The notes under the pieces: model-generated
Databases searched by the model: none
The model's input: the letters and a program-made list of their open reading frames with translations, nothing else
Told to the model about the DNA's origin: nothing
Made by a program: the position numbers and the translations under genes
Source: an uncultured Desulfovibrionaceae bacterium
GTDB taxonomy: Bacteria; Desulfobacterota; Desulfovibrionia; Desulfovibrionales; Desulfovibrionaceae
NCBI GenBank assembly: GCA_964370015.1
Contig: CAYJHD010000001.1
Coordinates: 16,884 to 80,883, forward strand
Reading direction: 5' to 3'
Length of the DNA: 64,000 nucleotides
In this document: in pieces, positions 27,650 through 37,202 of the stretch
Layout of the letters: each line of letters opens with the position of its first letter
Numbering within the stretch: position 1 is the stretch's first letter

Positions 27650-29095
27650 ATGAAAAAAAAACTCATGACCCTTATCTTAGCCGCAGGGCTTATCACCACA
27701 TGCGCCTTTGAAGCCAAAGCCATTGATTTCAAAGCATCTGGTGAATGGTTCTTTGGTTTTGGCGTTTCTGATTCTACGTTAGTTAAAGATTCCACAGGCT
27801 CTGATCAGTTTAAGGCTGAGCAACGCTTACGTTTACAAATTGAAGCCATTGCTTCTGAAAGCCTTTCCGGTACCGTACAATTTGAAATTGGCGAAACCGT
27901 TTGGGGACAATCTGCTGAAGGCGGCGCCCTTGGTACCGACGGCAAAGTTGTTACTGTGCGCCAAGCCTATATTGACTGGTTTGTGCCCAATACCGAATTG
28001 CAATTCCGCATGGGCTTACAAGCCTTGGCCCTTCCCAACGTGGCCGGTGGCGCTGCCATTTTAGATGATCAAGTGGCTGCCGTTGTTGCCAATTACGCTT
28101 TCAATGAAAATGTGAGCTTAACTGCCGCTTGGTTGCGTCCTTACAACGACAACTACGGCAATGATGGTAACGGTGACAGCACAAACTACCTTGACAACAT
28201 GGATATGTTCTTGTTGAGCTTGCCCGTGGCCTATGACAATTTCACCATCAATCCATGGATTGCCTATGGCGTCATTGGACGTAATGCTGTTCATTCCGGA
28301 CCTGACGGCGATCCAGATTTCGAATTTGGTGCAAAAGATGTGATGCCTGTGGGCTTTGGTGGCGGCGCAGCCAATGAGCACGCCTATGCAACCTTATGGT
28401 ATGCAGGCTTACCCATGACTTATGCCATGGACAATTGGAATTTTGAGCTGGATCTTAACTACGGATCTGCTCATGGTTTCAACGATTATACTACTGCCAC
28501 AGGCGTTAAAGCCGATGCCTATCGCCAAGGTTTTGTCATTAAAGCTTTAGCAGAATACTCCATGGATTGGGGTACTCCCGGCGTCTTTGCTTGGTACGGT
28601 TCCGGCGATGATGGCAACGCCAAAGACGGCTCTGAGCGCATGCCCACCATTGCAGCATCTTCCAACTTCACAAGCTTCATGCAAGATGGCCCCAATGGAT
28701 ATTCCTTATCCGACGGCTCAGGCCTCATGCTCTCGTATAGCGGCACTTGGGGTCTTGGCGTGCAAGTTCGCGACATGTCCTTTGTGGAAGACTTAAGTCA
28801 CACCTTGCGTATCACCTATTGGGGCGGCACAAACAGCACTGATATGATTAAGCACATTGGCAATCCCAAAGGCTGGCGTGAAGAAGGCGGCATGTACCTT
28901 ACCCACAACGACTCCTTGGTGGAAATCAACTTTGATAGCACCTATCAAATTTATGAAAACCTCCAAGCTGTGGTGGAACTGGGCTACATATTCAACGGTA
29001 TTGACACTGACGAGTGGAACGATAACACCGCCGGTGCCACCATCGATGGACAAAACGGCTGGAAAGCTGCTCTTCTCATGATGTACAGCTTCTAA
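27650..29095 (+). CDS. Outer-membrane porin (Desulfovibrio homotrimeric-porin-like)
   Basis: Signal peptide MKKKLMTLILAAGLITTCAFEAKA. Beta-strand-rich, aromatic-rich sequence ending in MMYSF. The family call is from memory. Confidence 0.75.
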   Translation: MKKKLMTLILAAGLITTCAFEAKAIDFKASGEWFFGFGVSDSTLVKDSTGSDQFKAEQRLRLQIEAIASESLSGTVQFEIGETVWGQSAEGGALGTDGKVVTVRQAYIDWFVPNTELQFRMGLQALALPNVAGGAAILDDQVAAVVANYAFNENVSLTAAWLRPYNDNYGNDGNGDSTNYLDNMDMFLLSLPVAYDNFTINPWIAYGVIGRNAVHSGPDGDPDFEFGAKDVMPVGFGGGAANEHAYATLWYAGLPMTYAMDNWNFELDLNYGSAHGFNDYTTATGVKADAYRQGFVIKALAEYSMDWGTPGVFAWYGSGDDGNAKDGSERMPTIAASSNFTSFMQDGPNGYSLSDGSGLMLSYSGTWGLGVQVRDMSFVEDLSHTLRITYWGGTNSTDMIKHIGNPKGWREEGGMYLTHNDSLVEINFDSTYQIYENLQAVVELGYIFNGIDTDEWNDNTAGATIDGQNGWKAALLMMYSF

Positions 29096-29178
29096 GAAAA
29101 AAGAAGGGGCTTTAGTTGCGTTACATATAACGAAACCCACATGACGCAACTAAAGCCTTCAAAAACTTACTATATCTA

Positions 29179-29961
29179 TTACCCTATGCACAAAGAAGTC
29201 ATCTTTCCCATCTGCACACTACCTGCCCACCAAGCATATGGGCTTTGTGTTTGCGCAATTTCTGCTTGCAGCTGCATCAAAGAACGTTCTTCAGCGAGAC
29301 AATCTAATTTATTAAGCACAACTTTGCGCGCACATGATGTAGGGCAATCTTTAAAAAGACCTTTTTCGTGATGAGCCAAACAAAGCAAGTGGCTCAACTG
29401 AACATTCGCCCCCATGGGAACTTGCACCATGTGCGAAAAGAGCTCCGCCCTATGAACACGCTCCTCTGAGAGCACCGTGTCCACAACGTCAAGCCCCATG
29501 ACACCAAAGCATACATCGGCACTTTGTGGTATAACAGGTTCGTGTAAGGCTGGAGCTTTTAAAGCTTTACGAGCCGCTCCATCTGCTTCACACAAAATAA
29601 CATCGGCAAAGCCGGCATTGGCCCATGACTTCATGGCGTCAATGTGCTCGGTGGCTAAGCCCACAAGCTTCGAGCTCTTAGCATCTATATATGCCCCCAC
29701 CGCCACCACAGAATGTTGTTCCAAAGTCTTTTTTAAGACAGCATACATGTCGGCGCATGGGCTTTCCAGCACAAGGGGTATGGTGGTATCCACAAAGGTT
29801 TTTGTGGAAGTAACCACAAGCACACGCCTTCCCTCGCTGGCATAGGCTTGCGCCATGGCAGTAATAAGGGAGGTTTTCCCCCCTGCACCCACCACGGCAA
29901 TGAGCTTACATCCGCCGTCCAAAGATGGTAAAAGAGCTTGAATGCCCATATGATGCAACAT
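29179..29961 (-). CDS. yqeC: YqeC-type selenium-dependent hydroxylase accessory protein (P-loop)
   Basis: ORF track extends to 30093 and would overlap yqeB by 128 nt. ATG 29961 lies 4 nt after the yqeB stop. P-loop IAVVGAGGKTSLITAMA. Confidence 0.75.
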   Translation of the reverse strand: MLHHMGIQALLPSLDGGCKLIAVVGAGGKTSLITAMAQAYASEGRRVLVVTSTKTFVDTTIPLVLESPCADMYAVLKKTLEQHSVVAVGAYIDAKSSKLVGLATEHIDAMKSWANAGFADVILCEADGAARKALKAPALHEPVIPQSADVCFGVMGLDVVDTVLSEERVHRAELFSHMVQVPMGANVQLSHLLCLAHHEKGLFKDCPTSCARKVVLNKLDCLAEERSLMQLQAEIAQTQSPYAWWAGSVQMGKMTSLCIG

Positions 29962-29965
29962 AAAA

Positions 29966-30808
29966 TTAGCTCTTCTTATGGCCTTGCTGTAGCATAAAGT
30001 GCATAATGGCTTCCAGCACACCGCCACCAATGGACAATCCCTTATCAGAAACTTCGTCGCAATAGTCAATATCACAACGAGGATCCACATCACCCAGCTT
30101 GGTACGGTATTTCACAGGAGTGTTATCGCGTAAAAGACCACGAATGACGCCGGTAAAATTGGCATGAAAGGGCTTTCCATTGACCTGCCCAAGCTCTGCA
30201 CCTTCTTGTATCACCTCACCAATATGACATTGTGTGGTGAAAATGCCCTCTTCATGAGCCCAATGTACACGCTCCACACTGAAACCCTTCACAGGCGCAG
30301 GTGCACCGGTATTGGGTATGGCTGAGCCTTGGCGTATGACCCTGCCTAAATAATGCCCACGCATGGTTTCCACCACAGCATGCACGTCAGCCGTGGCATC
30401 TTGCCCTGCTGTAAAGCCTGGTCCAAGACCAATGACAAAGCGGGCCATGCCTTTATGTGTACCTATATTTTTCTTGGCCAAAATGGCATCCACCAGAACA
30501 TCGGCTTGCAACTGCGCAAGACAACTTCCTTCTGGATCCACCATGAGGGGAAGCGCGCCCTTATCCCATACGGCTTGCATCTGAGAGGGCTCAGTCACAA
30601 GCTCTACATGGATTCCTTCCACCGTACTACTGCCGCCATACACCGCCTCAGAAAAAGACACCGTCCTGCGCACAGCCAGTGGGCTTGGGGTTTCTAAAAA
30701 AACAATTCTTGTCAGCCCTGCACGGTACAAGCGCAAAGCCACACCGCTGGCTAAATCTCCTGCGCCGCGAAGCACAATTAAAGGCAAAGTTACATCTCGC
30801 ATTTTCAT
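29966..30808 (-). CDS. yqeB: YqeB-type selenium-dependent molybdenum hydroxylase system protein (XdhC-Rossmann-like)
   Basis: VLRGAGDLASGVALRLYRAGL near the N-terminus, about 280 aa. ATGA overlap with mocA upstream. Same neighbours as in the E. coli yqeB-yqeC-ygfJ locus. Confidence 0.75.
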   Translation of the reverse strand: MKMRDVTLPLIVLRGAGDLASGVALRLYRAGLTRIVFLETPSPLAVRRTVSFSEAVYGGSSTVEGIHVELVTEPSQMQAVWDKGALPLMVDPEGSCLAQLQADVLVDAILAKKNIGTHKGMARFVIGLGPGFTAGQDATADVHAVVETMRGHYLGRVIRQGSAIPNTGAPAPVKGFSVERVHWAHEEGIFTTQCHIGEVIQEGAELGQVNGKPFHANFTGVIRGLLRDNTPVKYRTKLGDVDPRCDIDYCDEVSDKGLSIGGGVLEAIMHFMLQQGHKKS

Positions 30809-31437
30809 TCTTCCCTAACGTACTTGGCGTACATTTCAGGTGTATCAATGTCCACAAAAGGAGCGTCCTCATCCATGGTCACAAAACGCTTTTCAAACAA
30901 AGTATTTTGCAATAAGGGGCGCGCACCGGTATCACCACATAATTCCAACACCCGTGCAAACTCCACCGAAGGAATAATTACGGGATTTCCCTTTTGTCCA
31001 TCGCCGGCACGCTGAGGAATCACCCAAGATGTGGGCGCCATGCGCGACTGCTCTACCAAGGTGTCAATAATATTTGGGGTCACAAAGGGCTGATCACCAA
31101 GAAGCACCATGGCGCCGCTCAGCGCAGGCAAAGCATGCATAACCACATGCTGCACGCCCACTTTTAGCGACTCTGACTGACCTAGCTCACACAAAGGATT
31201 ATATAAAACAATGCATCCATCCAAATTCAATTCAGAAATATACGACGCGTGTGAAGAAGTTGAAGCTCGCTCTGCCTCAGGGAAAACCACAATGACCTCA
31301 CGCAAGCAAGAAGCCAAAGCAGCATCAATCACATGCTGTAACATGGGCTTATTATGAATTTTAAGAGCCAATTTATTGCAGCCCATGCGCTTTGAAGCAC
31401 CACTGGCTAAAATTATTCCGCTTACTGTGGAACTCAT
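30805..31437 (-). CDS. mocA: Molybdenum cofactor cytidylyltransferase (MocA/YgfJ-like nucleotidyltransferase)
   Basis: ORF track extends to 31491; ATG 31437 gives MSSTVSGIILASGASKRMGCNKLAL, the MobA/MocA N-terminal nucleotide-binding block. Confidence 0.8.
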   Translation of the reverse strand: MSSTVSGIILASGASKRMGCNKLALKIHNKPMLQHVIDAALASCLREVIVVFPEAERASTSSHASYISELNLDGCIVLYNPLCELGQSESLKVGVQHVVMHALPALSGAMVLLGDQPFVTPNIIDTLVEQSRMAPTSWVIPQRAGDGQKGNPVIIPSVEFARVLELCGDTGARPLLQNTLFEKRFVTMDEDAPFVDIDTPEMYAKYVREE

Positions 31438-32021
31438 GGCGAACCTTTCCCCTCTATTTGCCTCACACCTATAAGTGTCAAAACATGCCACCCTTCATGG
31501 GCACAAGACAAATCTAGTAAAATATCCATACACATACTTCTCGCACATGCTTATTGCGAGGCACTGTAATGCAATTTTATGGGAATGTAAAAACAAGCTT
31601 TAATCTACAAAAAAGTATTTTTTCATAATCTATATTACTTTTTTCAAAATAAAATACACAAGAGAATTTATTATTTTAGCCATATTTCAACACATTATAC
31701 TTTTTCTACCCATGTGAAAAATGGATTTAGCAAGAAATTACCAGCTGGGGCTAGACATATTTTTGTATACCATGTAATTTTAACATGTGAACCATAAGTT
31801 TCGAATGGTGAAACTACTGGGCACGGTGATTTTCTCATACATATGCTGAAAAAATGCTACTTCATGAGGTTTCCAAAAAGACTCAAAAAATGTACCAAGC
31901 GTACTGATAATTTTTGACCTAGCTCTTGGCACCCTCTTAAGTATATTTGGTATGTATGCGCATTGTATACATTTCGGACAAAAAAGTATTCGTTCACGAT
32001 TTAACAGCAAAGGGTACAATT

Positions 32022-33353
32022 ATGAGTCATTCTCCTGCATCTGCTCCAACCTCAAGCAGTCATTTTTTGAAGTTTTTGATTTTAAGCTTCATTGGGGTTC
32101 TGGTTTTCTTCATTCCTGTTTATGAGGGAAAGATTCCTCTTGTACTCATCATCGGTTATGTGCGCGGCCTCATAGGAACTGGCATAGAAGGCTTTTCTGG
32201 CTCTCTCATCATTGCGCTCACCATTTTCTTGCTCATAAGCTGTCTTACCAAAAACGCTTTTGCACAAAAATACTTTGAAGGCATAGGCATGGTTCGCCGC
32301 TGTCTTTTCACCATAAGTTCCCTCATTGCCCTGCTGGTTTTGACTGGCGCAGACTTGGCTTTCATTCAGCACCCAAAAATTGGGGGCAATGTATTAAAAA
32401 TGGCCGGTATAGTGTTTTTAACCATTTTCATTGCAGGTAGTTTGGTTTCCTTTATCATTCGCTCAGGTATTGTGGAATTTTTATCCACCCTCACAGAACC
32501 CATCATGCGTCCTGTTTTTAAACTGCCAGGTCGCGCCGCAGTGGACATGCTCTCTTCCTTTGTGGCTTCGGCAGCTGTGGGCGTCTACTTTACTAGCCTT
32601 TATTATGAGAAAAAAGCCTATACTCAAAGGCAAGCATGTGCTGTGGTGACCAACTTCAGCGTTATCAGCCTCGGCTATATTGGTGTTTTGGCAAGTCTTG
32701 CTGGCCTCACTGCCATGTATGACACCTTTATCATCACTTCCTTTATCATTGTATTCATCATGGGTGCCATCATGGTGCGCATCCCCCCCATTTCCCTTAT
32801 TCCTGACACCTGCATTGACGGCAGTGAAGCTGCGTATCTTCCTGAAAAGATGACCTTCAACGAGCGCTTTACCCACGCAGTAAGCGAAGGTGTTAAGCGC
32901 GGTAAAGACTTCACCATTAAAGATTTTTTTGATAATATTCTCACCAGTTTTAAATTTGCCCACCAAACCATTTGCGTGCTTGTGGCCATTGCCACCACGG
33001 TATTAACCCTTGTATACTACACCAATGTCTTTAAATATTTAGGTGTGCCCTTTGCACCCATTTTAAAGTTCTTGGGTATTCCCAATGCAGAAATCATTGC
33101 CCCTTCTGTGCTCATCGGCATTGTGGAAGTCACCTTACCTACTTTATTGTTGGTAGGCTCAGGCATTGCGCAAGAGGCGTATTTCTTCATCGTGCTCTTA
33201 TCCATTGTACAAATTATTTTCTTCACCGAGTGCGGTACAGCCATTCTCGGTAGTAAAGTTCCCCTTTCACCCTTTAAACTTATTCTTATCTTCCTTGTGC
33301 GAACAGCCATTGCCATTCCCCTTGTGGCCGCGGCAACGCATATTATTTTTTAG
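32022..33353 (+). CDS. YjiH-type membrane protein (nucleoside-recognition GATE domain), paralog 1
   Basis: ORF track 31947; ATG 32022 preferred. Polytopic. IVEFLSTLTEPIMRPVFKLPGRAAVDMLSSFVASAAVGVYFT is shared almost verbatim with 39547-40896. Confidence 0.7.
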   Translation: MSHSPASAPTSSSHFLKFLILSFIGVLVFFIPVYEGKIPLVLIIGYVRGLIGTGIEGFSGSLIIALTIFLLISCLTKNAFAQKYFEGIGMVRRCLFTISSLIALLVLTGADLAFIQHPKIGGNVLKMAGIVFLTIFIAGSLVSFIIRSGIVEFLSTLTEPIMRPVFKLPGRAAVDMLSSFVASAAVGVYFTSLYYEKKAYTQRQACAVVTNFSVISLGYIGVLASLAGLTAMYDTFIITSFIIVFIMGAIMVRIPPISLIPDTCIDGSEAAYLPEKMTFNERFTHAVSEGVKRGKDFTIKDFFDNILTSFKFAHQTICVLVAIATTVLTLVYYTNVFKYLGVPFAPILKFLGIPNAEIIAPSVLIGIVEVTLPTLLLVGSGIAQEAYFFIVLLSIVQIIFFTECGTAILGSKVPLSPFKLILIFLVRTAIAIPLVAAATHIIF

Positions 33354-33463
33354 GCACTAGCAGGAAAAATAGGCTCGCATCATAGGAAGTACAAAAGATA
33401 CTAAAACTAAGACAAATTTCTTATTTTTAGTATGGATACGCTTTACATAACTTTCAGCAGAAT

Positions 33464-33503
33464 GCCTTACCATAAATAGCTTCATAAGCACTTATGGTAA
33501 GGC
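33464..33503 (+). promoter_or_regulatory. 12-bp perfect hairpin in the leader of the first Mo-hydroxylase operon
   Basis: GCCTTACCATAA (33464-33475) / TTATGGTAAGGC (33492-33503), ending 6 nt before RBS AAAGGAGGG and GTG 33523. No T-run. Confidence 0.35.
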
Positions 33504-33522
33504 GAAAAATAAAGGAGGGAGC

Positions 33523-35775
33523 GTGCGCCACATCGGTCACTCTTATCCCATTCACGATGCCCCATCCAAAGCCGCAGGTACAGCCTGTTATGCAGGCGAT
33601 ATGGTTTTACCTCGCATGCTGCACATGGCCATACTCTTTAGCCCCATTGCCCACGGCAGGGTAAAGCATCTCGATTGCTCCAAAGCCTTAGCTCTAGAAG
33701 GCGTGGTAGAAATTTTGCACTGCTTTAACGCAGAGCATAACACCTATAATCGCTACCAAACCCAGCTGGGCCAAAGCCTTGTACAAAACGAACGCGTGTT
33801 CAACGAACATGTTCGCTTTGTGGGCGACCGCATAGCCGGCGTTGTGGCGAAAACAGCAGACATTGCACGCCGCGCTGTGGACCTCATTGAAGTGGAGTAC
33901 GAACAATACCCCCATTCCCTCAGCATACAAGACAGCCTCACCGGTATTATTAACGATGTGCATGAGCAAGGTGCCGTCTATCCTGCGCTTCCCTTCGAAG
34001 CCGGTAGCAAGTGCCAAGATGAAGATCTCATCACTGTCACCAGTCAAAGCAAGCTTGGTCGCATCAATCATATTTGCATGGAGCCCCACGCTTGTGTGGC
34101 CCATTATGATCCCTTGAAAGGCAGCCTCACCGTATATTCTCCAAGCCAGGCTGTTTTTGGCATTCGCACCCTCTTGGCGCAGATGTTTGATATGGATTTT
34201 GCCTCTGTGCGCGTGGTAAAAACCACCATGGGCGGTTCCTTTGGCGGAAAGCAAGAATGGATATTGGAACCGGCGACAGCTTTAGCCTCGCGCGCTGTGG
34301 GACAACCCGTAAAATTGGTCTACACACGCGAGCAATGCATCATCTCCACCATTTGTCGCTCTCCCATCGACGCCACCATGCATATTGACTATAAGCCCGA
34401 TGGACGCATAGCCAATATCTTTTGCGATGCTTCTTTGGACGCCGGCGCATATGTGGGCAATTCCGTAAACTATGCCAACACCTTGGGCACTAAATTTACC
34501 AAACTATATCAATGTCAGCACATACATTATGTGGGCCGAGCCGTCATCACCAATACCAGCGTGAGCGGTGCCTTTCGCGGGTGGACAAGTCCCGAGGCTG
34601 CGCTCATCATAGAGTACAATCTTGACCTTGCCGCCAAACGCCTTGGCATGGATCGCGTGGATATACGTCTTTGCAATACCCACAATGCCCATGACCACGA
34701 TGTTAAAGGCATGAGCGTGGGGAACTTGCAAGCCAAAGAAGCTTTGCAAAGGGGCAGAGAGCTTTTCCACTGGGATGCACGTCAGAAAGAGGTGGCAGAC
34801 TTCAACGCCAAGAACACACGCTTTAAACGCGGCCTTGGCGTGGCTCTAGGCGGACATGTTTCCGGTTTTTACCCTGTGAAAACAGACTTTGGGCGCGTGG
34901 ATATTACCTTAAACGAAAGTGGTTCTGTGAGCTGTAATATCACCCTACACGACCATGGTTGTGGCACGGTGACGGCTTTTTCCATGGTTGTGGCTGAGGC
35001 CATGGGGCTGGAGCTCAAAGACGTGCACATGGGCGAAGGTGATACCAGCGTGACCCCCTTTGACATCGGGTGTTTTTCCAGCCGCACCATGTATGTGCTG
35101 GGAAGAGCCGCCTATGAAGCAGCCATGGGCTTACGCCAACGCATGAAGGAGTATTTTTCTACCTTAACCAAGGTGCCTGTGGAAGATGTGGACATGGAGG
35201 GAAAAACCATTTTCTCCAAAACCCAACCGGAATTGCACTTCACCTTTACGCAATTGGTGGAACAGTGCCAACAAGTGCTTAAATGTCATCCTTTTTATAG
35301 TTATGAACACATTCCCACCACCAATGACTTGGTGGGCGGTGCTCATTTTGCCCTTTTGGAAGTGGATACCTACACCTGCTTTGCTAAGGTGCTGGATTAT
35401 GTGGCCGTGCATGATGTGGGTCAAGCCATCAACAGAGAGATGTGCGTGGCACAAATTCAAGGGGCCGTCACCATGGCCATGGGCGCCGTGCTCTACGAAC
35501 ATGTGGGCATGAATTCGCAAGGCGTCCCCAAGGGCAGCTTGAAAGACTATCATGTGGTCAATGCCTTTGAAGCCCCCAATGTGCAGGTGGAGCTCATAGA
35601 GATGGGCACATCTCATGGGCCGTACAATGCTAAATCCATTGGCGAAGCAGCCATCGTACCTGCGGCGTCGGCCTTTTTAAGCGCCATCAATGATGCCTTG
35701 GATACCGAGCTTGGCACCATTCCCCTCATTCCCGATACCCTTGCCCAACATTTGATTACTTTAGGGAGAGTCTAA
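33523..35775 (+). CDS. Xanthine dehydrogenase family molybdopterin-binding subunit, set 1
   Basis: 750 aa. KAAGTACYAGDM N-terminus, GGSFGGK, SGAFRGW and C-terminal YNAKSIGEAAIVPAASA (conserved catalytic Glu context). Confidence 0.9.
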   Translation: MRHIGHSYPIHDAPSKAAGTACYAGDMVLPRMLHMAILFSPIAHGRVKHLDCSKALALEGVVEILHCFNAEHNTYNRYQTQLGQSLVQNERVFNEHVRFVGDRIAGVVAKTADIARRAVDLIEVEYEQYPHSLSIQDSLTGIINDVHEQGAVYPALPFEAGSKCQDEDLITVTSQSKLGRINHICMEPHACVAHYDPLKGSLTVYSPSQAVFGIRTLLAQMFDMDFASVRVVKTTMGGSFGGKQEWILEPATALASRAVGQPVKLVYTREQCIISTICRSPIDATMHIDYKPDGRIANIFCDASLDAGAYVGNSVNYANTLGTKFTKLYQCQHIHYVGRAVITNTSVSGAFRGWTSPEAALIIEYNLDLAAKRLGMDRVDIRLCNTHNAHDHDVKGMSVGNLQAKEALQRGRELFHWDARQKEVADFNAKNTRFKRGLGVALGGHVSGFYPVKTDFGRVDITLNESGSVSCNITLHDHGCGTVTAFSMVVAEAMGLELKDVHMGEGDTSVTPFDIGCFSSRTMYVLGRAAYEAAMGLRQRMKEYFSTLTKVPVEDVDMEGKTIFSKTQPELHFTFTQLVEQCQQVLKCHPFYSYEHIPTTNDLVGGAHFALLEVDTYTCFAKVLDYVAVHDVGQAINREMCVAQIQGAVTMAMGAVLYEHVGMNSQGVPKGSLKDYHVVNAFEAPNVQVELIEMGTSHGPYNAKSIGEAAIVPAASAFLSAINDALDTELGTIPLIPDTLAQHLITLGRV

Positions 35776-36266
35776 TGCAACTTCATTTCACCTTAAATAA
35801 CAAGGCTGTGAGCCTAGACGTCCCTGATTCCAAACGCCTCATTGATATTTTACGCGATGATTTTTTACTCACAGGCACCAAGGAAGGTTGCGGCGAAGGC
35901 GAGTGCGGCGCGTGCACCGTCATCATGAATGGTGAAGCCGTACATGCCTGTCTTGTGCTGGCCTGCCAAATGGAGCAAGCAAACATACTTACCATTGAAG
36001 GCCTTTCACCCAAGGCGCATCTAGGGCAACTTTCCACCATTCAGCAAAACTTTGTGGATGAAATAGCCATACAATGCGGCTTTTGCACTTCGGGTATGAT
36101 CATGACCGCCGAGGCTCTTTTGCGTGAAAATCCCGATCCTAGCCAAGAAGAAATTCGCACAGCCCTTTCGGGAAATATCTGTCGCTGTTCCGGCTATACG
36201 CAAATACTTTCCGCCGTGGATAAAACCGCCAAGGACTATCAAGACCTAAACAAGGGAGAAAAGTAA
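35775..36266 (+). CDS. (2Fe-2S)-binding subunit, set 1
   Basis: GCGEGECGACTV, CGFCTSGM, CRCSGY. TAATG overlap with the Mo subunit. Confidence 0.92.
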   Translation: MQLHFTLNNKAVSLDVPDSKRLIDILRDDFLLTGTKEGCGEGECGACTVIMNGEAVHACLVLACQMEQANILTIEGLSPKAHLGQLSTIQQNFVDEIAIQCGFCTSGMIMTAEALLRENPDPSQEEIRTALSGNICRCSGYTQILSAVDKTAKDYQDLNKGEK

Positions 36267-36267
36267 T

Positions 36268-37098
36268 ATGCACTCCTTTCGTCCCAGCACCTTGCAAGAG
36301 GTACCGCAAGTTCTTGCAAACATGACAGAACAAAGCAAAATTTTAGCGGGTGGTACAGACCTTATCATCAATTTATGTAAGGATGTGCATCCCGACCAAC
36401 TCTGCTATTTTGGTCATATTCCTGAATTACAAGGTGTTAGCCAAACAGATACGCATATCCAATTGGGTGCCTACACCACCATGCGCACTTTAGAAAAAGA
36501 CCCCATCATTCAGCAGCACTTGCCTGCGGTGGTTGATGCCGCCGCCGATGTGGGCTCTTGGCAAATTGCCAACAAAGCCACCATTGGGGGGAATATAGCC
36601 AATGCCTCTCCGGCGGCAGATTTACTGCCTGTGCTGTGCATGTTCAAAGCCACGGCTCATATTATGGGGCCACAAGGCACACGCCAACTACCCGTGGAAG
36701 ACATCATGCAGTCCTCCAGAAAAACCTGCTTGGCACACAATGAGCTCATCACCGCCTTCAGCATGCCCAAACCCAATTTTATGTCGGCCTTTTATAAGAT
36801 GGGCTCACGTAAAAAAGTGACCATTTCTCGCTTTGGCATTGCGCTGGGGTGCACCATGTCTGGCAAAGTTGTGGAACAAGCGCATATATATGTGGGTGCC
36901 ATCGCCCCCAAGGCCGTGCATTTGGCGGTGGCAGAGGAGTTTTTACAAGGAAAAGAACTTACAGAAGAAAATATTTTGCAAGCCGGTCTTCTCCTTTCGG
37001 AGCATATTAAGAACACCACGGGCCGCATATATAAAGGCTTTGCCGCCAAAGGGGTCATGTGTGATGCTTTTAGTCGGCTGTTGCCACGATTAACGTAA
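36268..37098 (+). CDS. FAD-binding (CO dehydrogenase flavoprotein-like) subunit, set 1
   Basis: LAGGTDLIINL, ATIGGNIANASPAADL; 276 aa. Confidence 0.88.
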   Translation: MHSFRPSTLQEVPQVLANMTEQSKILAGGTDLIINLCKDVHPDQLCYFGHIPELQGVSQTDTHIQLGAYTTMRTLEKDPIIQQHLPAVVDAAADVGSWQIANKATIGGNIANASPAADLLPVLCMFKATAHIMGPQGTRQLPVEDIMQSSRKTCLAHNELITAFSMPKPNFMSAFYKMGSRKKVTISRFGIALGCTMSGKVVEQAHIYVGAIAPKAVHLAVAEEFLQGKELTEENILQAGLLLSEHIKNTTGRIYKGFAAKGVMCDAFSRLLPRLT

Positions 37099-37103
37099 CA
37101 GGG

Positions 37104-37193
37104 CGTTAATAATATTTTCTGGGAGAAAACCTTTTCTGAAGAAAAGGTTTTCTCCCAGCATATTCTAGCATCACGAATAGTACGTTAATAATA
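37104..37193. repeat. REP/MITE-like hairpin element flanked by an 11-bp direct repeat
   Basis: 18-bp perfect stem CTGGGAGAAAACCTTTTC (37119-37136) / GAAAAGGTTTTCTCCCAG (37141-37158). CGTTAATAATA occurs at 37104-37114 and 37183-37193. Confidence 0.55.
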
Positions 37194-37202
37194 CTCAAAA
37201 AA

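Noticed and set aside
31780-31870. Possible purine riboswitch in the long AT-rich leader of the YjiH/hydroxylase region (actactgggcacggtga vaguely resembles the P3 region).
   Set aside because: I could not build P1/P2/P3 or find the conserved J1/2 and J2/3 sequences (UAUAAU, UUUCUACC). Only a cmscan run could rescue it.
31920-31945. A TGGCAC-containing sequence (cttggcaccctcttaagt) upstream of the first YjiH gene, considered as a sigma-54 promoter. The TGGCAC motifs at 9084-9219 were considered in the same way.
   Set aside because: The -12 element is absent at the required spacing (TAAG instead of TTGC). No sigma-54 activator gene is in the window; the local regulator is IclR-type.
31947-32021. 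N-terminal extensions proposed by the ORF track here and at 21579-22580, 26876-27418, 29179-30093, 30805-31491, 15961, 48454 and 2174/2626.
   Set aside because: Internal starts give family-typical N-termini, remove large overlaps with upstream genes, and/or have better Shine-Dalgarno sequences. The extensions are hydrophobic or low-complexity read-through of intergenic DNA.
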